Shown in pieces: positions 8,499 to 16,014 of a DNA stretch of 64,000 nt (position 1 is its first letter; every line of letters begins with the position of its first letter). The position numbers and the translations under genes are program-made. The stretch is taken from positions 64,001 through 128,000 of the forward strand of contig CAYFHS010000007.1 of assembly GCA_964342815.1 (NCBI GenBank), written 5' to 3'. The DNA comes from an uncultured archaeon. GTDB lineage: Archaea > Thermoplasmatota > Penumbrarchaeia > JASLWR01. A model generated the notes under the pieces. It had not been told where the DNA came from. It ran no database searches and was given only the letters and a program-made list of their open reading frames with translations.

Positions 8499-11400
8499 CT
8501 ACATATCGATCTTCATATCACCCGTTTCGCCTGCTCTCTGTCCCGAATACTCGGGAAGATATTTTGTATCATCATTCAATATTTCCTCCGGCGGAGGCGG
8601 CATGTAACCAGCCGGCTCCCGTTTCACTCCGTTGAATGAAACATTCATCGGATCCCTCGCTTTCCTTCGGAAACCTACGGGCACGGGTACTTCATCTCTC
8701 ACCGAGGCAATTTGGGGGGTATGGGTAGATTTTGGTATCTCTACCGGAACGGCGAACGATGCGTTGCATTTCGGGCAGACTCCTATCCTCTGCCCGCAGG
8801 ATCTGTGATACTTACCACTGCAGCTGCAGGTCATGATCTGGAGTCCTGGTTTCACAACACCCATGCAGATACCGCACATAACGGCTTCGGTGGCAGTGGA
8901 TATTTTCGGTCCCAGCGCCCCTGTTATCGGTGGGGTAGTGGATGAAGACGCCATTGACGATTCCCTGGATGGTTCGGTCTGGCCCATCAATCCCTTCAAT
9001 ATAATATCCAGACCGTCCAATCCGTCCATTGATCCGTCCCACACCTTCAATTTTAACTTATAACGTTCCCAGAGATGTATCAGAAGCCACCTCATCTTTT
9101 CTCGCAGGTTGTGGGGGGGATGACCGTGGAATACCACTGCAAGATACATTCCGACACCGCGTTCGAGATAGATGGTCATCTTGCCGTACTGTAGCGATTT
9201 TAATGAACCGGTTTCTTCTGAGAATGAATCCTTTATGAAATCTGTTATAGCGGTCAGCATCCCGCTCATAATGTCTTCATCCATGCCTTCGCTGAGTTTC
9301 GTCCCAAAAGAAACCGATTTTACAAGACGGCCATCAACGTATATCAGGAATATATCGCTGATAGAGAACTGCGTATCGATACCTACGATCTGGGGGCCCG
9401 AGGGTATGGGCTGAGGAGCTGATGAGGCAGGCGAAATTCCAGGTTCACCTGCTCTTAACGGCAGCTGTTCGACCTGGGTTGGAGGTGCGGGAACAGAAGG
9501 AGATTGGGGTGAAGGTGCTATTTCCGGTCTAACGTCAGAAAGGATCGATTCGATGGTGCGGGGCTCCTCCTTCGATGCTTGAGGTGGCGTTGAAAAAGCA
9601 GAGGGGACCGCCCGACTGGTTTTTTGCTTGTATGATGAATGTTTCACGCTGGGAGCAAATTGCGAGGGGGGTTGCATAAGCTGAGATGGGGGAGCTTGTT
9701 GCGGCCGCGAAAACGGGCTATCTCCCGGTTTCACAATGTCGGCTTCTACTTTTTCTAGTTCATCCTCCTCTTCCTTTGAGCGTCTTCTTTTCATGATTAT
9801 AATTATTCCTACCGCCAATATCAAAAACAATAACGCAAGTACAATTATTAGATAAACAGTTGTAAAGCCCGATGATTTCTCATTTGGAGATTGTTCATCA
9901 TCGTCGATTTGCTCCGCCTCTTTAGAAGTGATGTTCACGGGAATGCTGAAGATTTTCAAACCGCCGGGATGGATGATATCTACCGTTAATTCATAGGTAT
10001 CGGGGAAAAGCGAGGTGGTTCGATTTATTCCAATTATTACTTTCCGGGATTCGCTTATTTGAAGCCCTATCGTATCAGGCATATCCAGCAATCCGGATAT
10101 GATGCCTTTGGCCTTAAGTTCCACAAGAGTCGGTATGTTTCCTCCGTTCGAGATGGTAAGATTGAAAACGGCGCCTTCCCCATGCACAATATCTATCCTT
10201 TCCACATCGATCTCTGCAGTAATGTTGTAGATCGCCTCGAACCTTGTATTGACGGAAAAGCTCCATATGCCCTGTGAGCATCTTCCCACCATGGCACCAA
10301 TTACGGGAACAACTTTCCAGTAATAGGTATTGTTATCATCCAGATCATTAAGCTGATGCCATTGATCGAGGGTTTTTGCAATCTCCGACAGATTGTTTCT
10401 CTCAGTTCCAAGGTAGACAAGATAGATAGGCATACCATCGGTCAGGTTCCGAATATTCCAGGTAAGATTTACTCCAGTGGTGTTCATGATGGAGTTGTTC
10501 AGCGGAGAATTCAAGACCGTCTCGACAATCGTTACATTCGTTTGAATTGAAAAACTCCACGTTCCGTTTTGACATATTCCTTTCCCCCCTTTATCATTGG
10601 GTATAATACTCCAGTAATAAATTTTCCCATCTTCGAGGCCCGAGACTGTGAACTTGTTTCCAGTGATGTCGCTGGTATGAACTGATGGTTCTTCCATGGT
10701 CCCTAGATTCAACTGGTATGCAAGGTCATCGGAGGGATTGTCAATATCGTATGACTTCCATTCGAAGGTTACCGTGGCACCCCAGAGGACCGAGCCGTTG
10801 GCAGGGAGAAACAGTTTCACCAACGGAGGATCGTTCACTGCTGTAACCGTTAAGGGGATGGATATATTATTCGATCTGGCAGAATGGTTGTGTGTTTCAA
10901 ACGCACAGACAATGAGGAACGATTCACCGTAATAGTCACCTGAAGCAGTGACCTTCAGACGTTTGTCGTTTTCAACCGATGCCGTAATATTAAAATTCGA
11001 CGAAAGAACGGTGAATCCGATATCATCATCATCGCCATCTACCACGAAATCTGCCAGAGTCCATTCGGTAATTATGGTCGTATCCTCAGGTAGAAATATC
11101 GTATCGGGTAGCCCCGTCCAAATAGGTGGGTCGTTCACCCCGGTAATGATTATCTTGAATGAATTGGAAGTGGTGTTTTTATTATAAACGTTTGTGCAAA
11201 TTACTTGCACAGGGATACTTCCAGTGAAATTATCGGCAAGTTCGGTAATATCTATAAAAGAACCATTCATTTCTAGAGTAATGTTGGTATCGTCATAATC
11301 AAGTGTGAATTCTGGTGAGCATGCATCCGAATATTTATCCTCGAAATGGTTTGATAGGTTTAGGATACCAGCTTTAGGTGTGTCTTCGTAGACAATGATA

Positions 11401-14400
11401 TCCTCGATCACTCCTATCAATTTTGGTTTTTCAGGCGGCGACCAGTTCACGGCCCAATCGTAAAGAACAGGGGTTCGCGTACCGTTGGTTTCGAAGTGAG
11501 CTTGGAGATAGATCGAGTTATGGTCGATGGCGTTTATGGAGGATAGATCGATGTATTCGGATGTGGAGTTGTGAGAGATATTGCTTGCAAGTGTTTCATT
11601 GGTGGTTGTGTCGTGGACGGAGATGTTGAGATATGTGCCATTGGGGACAGAGCGGTTGAAATGCAAAGTGTTCCAGGTTTGGTTGAAGGGAAGAGGGATT
11701 TTCTCCGACTTTAGAGAGCTTTTTCTAGAATATTCATATCTATTTTTTAAAGACAAAATTTTTTCAGGTGTTAATACAGTATTAAAAAAAGATACGTCGT
11801 CGATGGTTCCCTCAAAATAATGGGATGTGCCTTTAAGTCGATATCCAATCCTTCCCCAGAGAATGTTTGGGGCTGAATTACATGCAATTGTTTTAATTGA
11901 GTGCCCATCCAAATATACAATAAAATTTTTATTAACTTCCCACGAAAAGGATAAATGGTGCCATTCTCCATTGTTCCATTGTGCTGGTATATTAATCCAT
12001 GTTTGGGCTAATGGCGCTCCTCCGGCCCATATATGTAACCCTAATCCCTCTTTATAAAAGGCAATATCATTCAAATCATTGGACCCTTTATCTCCAAAAT
12101 TTAATATTCCTTCATTTCCTCCGTCTTTCCAATCATCCTTCACCCACAACATTACAGTCCCAGCATTATTATTGATATTATTGAATGATTCAATTTCTAC
12201 GAAATCATCATCCCCGTCGAACTGCAACGCCTTTCCAAATCTCCCATTCACCCAATTTGGTCCATTCATCAAAGTTCCATTATTCCCATTTCCAATACCA
12301 TCATAAGCTATAATACCACTCCCTTCATCAAAACCCCAATAACCTTCGCAGCTAGGATCGTCAATTGGGTTGAATACGCTTATTGCGAGTTCTACCTGCC
12401 CTCCTCTTATAGCAATGCCTGTTTGGTACCCTCGTCGGATTTCTTCAGAGGTGCGGGCGACATTGGAGATGCGAATCTCATCGATAGTACCATCAAAGAA
12501 ATGAGCATAATCGAGATCCATGGTGCTTCCAATATATAATTTACCCGAATTTACAGGCACACCCGAAACCTTTTTGGTTTCCTTCAATATTCCATTTACG
12601 AAAACGTTGATTTCTGATAAATTATCAGTTACAACAATTTGATACCATTCGTTTGTATTCACGAAAAGATTTGACGAGGTTATTATTTCATGGCTCGAAG
12701 TTCCATGAATAAACCTAATATCATTATTGTCTTGTTGTAAAAAATAACCCGAATAACCCCTATTTGGTCTTTTATCGATAATGGAATGTACTCCAGAAAG
12801 AACATTGAATTTTACCCACACTTCAAGTGTAATCGCTCCGGTTATCTCTAAGCTTGAATTATCACCACAGTTTACGTATTCATCTTTTCCATCAAGTTCT
12901 ATCGCTCCCCTATACTTTCCTTCGACCCAATCGCTTACTTCCGAATTAAATAAAATACCGTTATTTTCATTACCACTATAATCTTTGATTATGTTCCCTC
13001 TCCCTTCATCAAATTTCCAATATCCAACAATTGAATTATCTGATATTATAGATCCGCCATCCCCCACAAAACTATCCCTCCATGCTTTTTCTGCCGTCCA
13101 TTCCACACCCCAAGAGTCAAGTGAGGGGGTGGCGGTAAGTTCGCCCGAGAACCAAGCTTTCAATCGGATGGAATTGGCCGTGATGTTGGAGATATCGATG
13201 GTCCGACCGGTGAGGTTTTCGTAGCCATTGATTGTTTGGTTGGTGGAAGCATTGAGGAAGGAAACGTTGATATAGGTATTGGTTTGTTCGGTTTTTGTGA
13301 GAGAACAGGTATCCCATTGCATTTGTTCGGGGAGTATAATAAGGGTTGAGACTATATGGGGAGATATCCTTAGTTCTGGATTATTTTGTTCATTTCCAAA
13401 AGAATTCGTAGGCTCAACTGTTGTATATTTACAGACTCTTATCCAATCAAATTCAATCTGATTTCCATTCCAGACATTTACCCATGCTGGTTTTTTATTA
13501 AGAAATACTTTATTACTGGAGCCCGAGTTTGCGTCATACCAACCTATAGTTTTATCAGGATACCTAGCTACTTTATAAATATGCCAATTATTATCGAAAG
13601 GTACAATTGGAACCCGTTCAATACTATTACCATCTCCTGCGTACAAGTGGCCACTATCAATGGGATGACGATAAACTGAGCTTATTTCATTTATTAATTG
13701 ATTTCCCCATTGACCAAATCCAACTCTAATTCGGTCATTATTTCTTTTACCATATGCTTCTATCAGATATCCAATCCCGAATTGTTGTAATGATTCTATT
13801 TGACCCGGATCTCCCGATAATATTATCTTTCCATTCTGAAGAGAAACACTCCCCCTACTAATCCATTTTGTATTGTCTAAATTTTGCGCTTGAAAATCAT
13901 CGTAGAGTTCGTAACATCTTCCATCATGAAAACCTCCAGGAGCCACTTTGTATAAATTGCTATTACTAATTGCTTCATTATTGCCGTAATACATCCAAAT
14001 TCTACTTATTTCACTCTTGAGGATTTTAGGTACTCTAACCCATATTTTACTAACACCTCCCTTCATCCATTCTTCAATCCAATAAGAAAGTATTATTCCA
14101 TTCTCATCGCTAAACCGGATATCTCCACCATTATTTTGGGCATTTGAATAATCAAAGTTATTCTGATTTATAGTAACTAAAATGGGATAATCAGTAAGAT
14201 TATAGCCGGAATGCTCTGAGATTTCGATGGACTTCCTGTAACTCCAGGCATTAAGTGGCCATTTTGTCACAACACCATTATCGATAAATATCTTCTCTTT
14301 CCACTCCACACCACTTTCATCCTCAAAATCATCAAACCACGATCCCCCGAAAGAGTCCTGTTCGAGATGAGTTATATTCTGGCCATCATTCGCTCTGCTG

Positions 14401-14537
14401 CGGGATTCTGCTTTAATATCCCCGATTCCACGGACGTCATCCGTAGACACTTTTTTCGTTCCCTGGTCAGGTGCGTGGACCGCTAACGAGCTCAGCAGAA
14501 GTATTACGGGTATCGCAATCGCAAATATCTTTTTCAT
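8499..14537 (-). CDS. 2012-aa receptor-like surface protein: signal peptide, DUF2341-like domain, two LamG/ConA-like domains, Ig/cadherin- and Fn3-like repeats, TM helix, Pro-rich linker, cytoplasmic longin/roadblock-like domain, C4HC3 zinc finger
   Basis: N-terminal MKKIFAIAIPVILLLSSLAV; 'GGDIRFSDENG..LSYWIE' (DUF2341-like); 'VGYWKFDEG...FDGTIDEIRI' twice (LamG); TM VYLIIVLALLFLILAVGIIII; C-x2-C-x12-C-x-C-x4-H-x2-C-x6-C-x2-C. Confidence 0.8.
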   Translation of the reverse strand: MKKIFAIAIPVILLLSSLAVHAPDQGTKKVSTDDVRGIGDIKAESRSRANDGQNITHLEQDSFGGSWFDDFEDESGVEWKEKIFIDNGVVTKWPLNAWSYRKSIEISEHSGYNLTDYPILVTINQNNFDYSNAQNNGGDIRFSDENGIILSYWIEEWMKGGVSKIWVRVPKILKSEISRIWMYYGNNEAISNSNLYKVAPGGFHDGRCYELYDDFQAQNLDNTKWISRGSVSLQNGKIILSGDPGQIESLQQFGIGYLIEAYGKRNNDRIRVGFGQWGNQLINEISSVYRHPIDSGHLYAGDGNSIERVPIVPFDNNWHIYKVARYPDKTIGWYDANSGSSNKVFLNKKPAWVNVWNGNQIEFDWIRVCKYTTVEPTNSFGNEQNNPELRISPHIVSTLIILPEQMQWDTCSLTKTEQTNTYINVSFLNASTNQTINGYENLTGRTIDISNITANSIRLKAWFSGELTATPSLDSWGVEWTAEKAWRDSFVGDGGSIISDNSIVGYWKFDEGRGNIIKDYSGNENNGILFNSEVSDWVEGKYRGAIELDGKDEYVNCGDNSSLEITGAITLEVWVKFNVLSGVHSIIDKRPNRGYSGYFLQQDNNDIRFIHGTSSHEIITSSNLFVNTNEWYQIVVTDNLSEINVFVNGILKETKKVSGVPVNSGKLYIGSTMDLDYAHFFDGTIDEIRISNVARTSEEIRRGYQTGIAIRGGQVELAISVFNPIDDPSCEGYWGFDEGSGIIAYDGIGNGNNGTLMNGPNWVNGRFGKALQFDGDDDFVEIESFNNINNNAGTVMLWVKDDWKDGGNEGILNFGDKGSNDLNDIAFYKEGLGLHIWAGGAPLAQTWINIPAQWNNGEWHHLSFSWEVNKNFIVYLDGHSIKTIACNSAPNILWGRIGYRLKGTSHYFEGTIDDVSFFNTVLTPEKILSLKNRYEYSRKSSLKSEKIPLPFNQTWNTLHFNRSVPNGTYLNISVHDTTTNETLASNISHNSTSEYIDLSSINAIDHNSIYLQAHFETNGTRTPVLYDWAVNWSPPEKPKLIGVIEDIIVYEDTPKAGILNLSNHFEDKYSDACSPEFTLDYDDTNITLEMNGSFIDITELADNFTGSIPVQVICTNVYNKNTTSNSFKIIITGVNDPPIWTGLPDTIFLPEDTTIITEWTLADFVVDGDDDDIGFTVLSSNFNITASVENDKRLKVTASGDYYGESFLIVCAFETHNHSARSNNISIPLTVTAVNDPPLVKLFLPANGSVLWGATVTFEWKSYDIDNPSDDLAYQLNLGTMEEPSVHTSDITGNKFTVSGLEDGKIYYWSIIPNDKGGKGICQNGTWSFSIQTNVTIVETVLNSPLNNSIMNTTGVNLTWNIRNLTDGMPIYLVYLGTERNNLSEIAKTLDQWHQLNDLDDNNTYYWKVVPVIGAMVGRCSQGIWSFSVNTRFEAIYNITAEIDVERIDIVHGEGAVFNLTISNGGNIPTLVELKAKGIISGLLDMPDTIGLQISESRKVIIGINRTTSLFPDTYELTVDIIHPGGLKIFSIPVNITSKEAEQIDDDEQSPNEKSSGFTTVYLIIVLALLFLILAVGIIIIMKRRRSKEEEDELEKVEADIVKPGDSPFSRPQQAPPSQLMQPPSQFAPSVKHSSYKQKTSRAVPSAFSTPPQASKEEPRTIESILSDVRPEIAPSPQSPSVPAPPTQVEQLPLRAGEPGISPASSAPQPIPSGPQIVGIDTQFSISDIFLIYVDGRLVKSVSFGTKLSEGMDEDIMSGMLTAITDFIKDSFSEETGSLKSLQYGKMTIYLERGVGMYLAVVFHGHPPHNLREKMRWLLIHLWERYKLKLKVWDGSMDGLDGLDIILKGLMGQTEPSRESSMASSSTTPPITGALGPKISTATEAVMCGICMGVVKPGLQIMTCSCSGKYHRSCGQRIGVCPKCNASFAVPVEIPKSTHTPQIASVRDEVPVPVGFRRKARDPMNVSFNGVKREPAGYMPPPPEEILNDDTKYLPEYSGQRAGETGDMKIDM

Positions 14538-14725
14538 GTTCGATCAACTCTAACTAGTAGAATATCAGTTTCTATTCAAGGGTTGCAGGATTAGTCACAA
14601 TCAAGCAATAATAGATAAAATTTTGCCTTAATGTTCCTGATGGTGTTTCCGAGTAGCAGACCCATCAACCATGTGTGCCGAATGTTTTTTATAGTTATGG
14701 TACCATATTGATAGTTGGTGAAGCC

Positions 14726-14980
14726 TTGAAAACAATCATTTCAATTCAAAGAGAAGGAAAATATTATGTGGCCACAGACCTGATCACAAATGTAGCAGAT
14801 CAAGGGAAAACGGAAGAGGAAGCAATTTCCCGTTTGAAACAGGGTCTTGAAGAACACTATCAAATACTTTTAGAAATGGCTCCGAAAGGTAGCAAGACTT
14901 CTTTTGTTGATATTGAGGTTGAAAAATATTCAGCAGAATCGGTCCCTCCGGGCTGCGATTCTGCGAACATTATCAAATGA
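14726..14980 (+). CDS. hicB: HicB-like antitoxin
   Basis: EGKYYVA...VADQGKTEEEAISRLKQGL fits the HicB N-terminal fold. Probable TTG start at 14726 with GGTGA RBS (ORF track starts at 14675); adjacent to a HicA gene. Confidence 0.8.
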   Translation: MKTIISIQREGKYYVATDLITNVADQGKTEEEAISRLKQGLEEHYQILLEMAPKGSKTSFVDIEVEKYSAESVPPGCDSANIIK

Positions 14981-15002
14981 CCTACGGGCCATATGACAAT
15001 AT
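14925..15002. mobile_element. Putative miniature palindromic insertion (68 bp) flanked by a 5-bp AATAT direct repeat at the hicB/hicA junction
   Basis: AATAT at 14925-14929 and 14998-15002. Internal hairpin GCAGAATC...GATTCTGC; 14928-14968 matches the reverse complement of 26826-26865 at 37/41 positions. Confidence 0.6.
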
Positions 15003-15240
15003 ACCAAAGCTTCCGGTGTTGTCAGCTAATAAAGTTGTCAAAGCACTGAAGCGTGCAGGTTTTGAAGTCGTTCGTCAGTCTAGGAGCCATATCCACCTTT
15101 GGCTTAAAGAAAAAAGAACCTTAGTAACGGTACCAAATCACAATGAATTGGCTAAAGGCACTCTCATTGCTATCATTAAACAATCAAAAATGGAGCGAGA
15201 TGAGTTTTTCTCATATGTCCGCAAGAAAATAAAAAAATAA
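14977..15240 (+). CDS. hicA: HicA-like mRNA interferase toxin
   Basis: PKLPVLSANKVVKALKRAGFEVVRQSRSHIHL...VTVPNHNELAKGTLIAIIKQ. The catalytic His is present, but canonical GSH reads RSH. Confidence 0.85.
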   Translation: MTYGPYDNIPKLPVLSANKVVKALKRAGFEVVRQSRSHIHLWLKEKRTLVTVPNHNELAKGTLIAIIKQSKMERDEFFSYVRKKIKK

Positions 15241-15271
15241 TTCTCGGAAAATAGGATCACGATTTAAACAA

Positions 15272-15949
15272 TCATTTCCTTTTACCAAACTCACCGACCA
15301 GTATCCCATCCGCCTCCTTCGTATCCAGCCCTCCGTGATCCAGAAATGCGCCCGGTTCCTCGTCCAACCTTTCCGCACCAAGAAACATCGCCTCGCTCAC
15401 AACGCCACCCACCACCGCAGGAGGCAAGAACGCCGCTGCCAGAGTATCGCCGGCCTTTAATCCCTCGATGTTGGTCATAATGGTCATATCCGCGGGTCCG
15501 GCAGTGCATCTCGTACGGTATAATTTTCCTACCTTAGCAATGTTTCTTATCTGTACCACCACAAGATCGATTCCATTGGAAGGTTTGTCTCCCGGTATCT
15601 TGAAACGCCGCGGGAGTCCGGAAAAGATTCGAAATGCCCAGAGAAGATTGGCTCGAGCCAGTTCGGACATGTCCTTCTCCATCCGTTCGCGGTACGTAAG
15701 GTAAAGCTTCTTTACGTCCTCGATAATTCCTGAAGTAATATCGCTTTTCGCGAGGTTGGCCAGCTCCATGTAGCTGAATTTCAGAACCATTATCTGCGAA
15801 TCTATGCTGGAAAGGATCTCATTCGTCTGGTTACGGCTCAACCGAATCTTGAACTTTGATTTCGAAAAAATATTGTTTTTTAACTTTTTTAAGGCTAGTT
15901 CTGCAACCAGTATCCGGGGATCCTTGTCGGTCTGATGGACCATGTTCAT
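15272..15949 (-). CDS. Archaeal tRNA-binding protein with C-terminal EMAP/Trbp111-like OB fold (COG2517-like)
   Basis: N-terminal 'DKDPRILVAELA'; C-terminal TIMTNI...GDTLAAAFLPPAVVGGVVSEAMFLG. Confidence 0.75.
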   Translation of the reverse strand: MNMVHQTDKDPRILVAELALKKLKNNIFSKSKFKIRLSRNQTNEILSSIDSQIMVLKFSYMELANLAKSDITSGIIEDVKKLYLTYRERMEKDMSELARANLLWAFRIFSGLPRRFKIPGDKPSNGIDLVVVQIRNIAKVGKLYRTRCTAGPADMTIMTNIEGLKAGDTLAAAFLPPAVVGGVVSEAMFLGAERLDEEPGAFLDHGGLDTKEADGILVGEFGKRK

Positions 15950-16014
15950 TCAATGGTAGGATGATATAAATTGTTTCTGGAAAAAACTGTGAGCGATCAA
16001 TGATTTGGTTTGAG

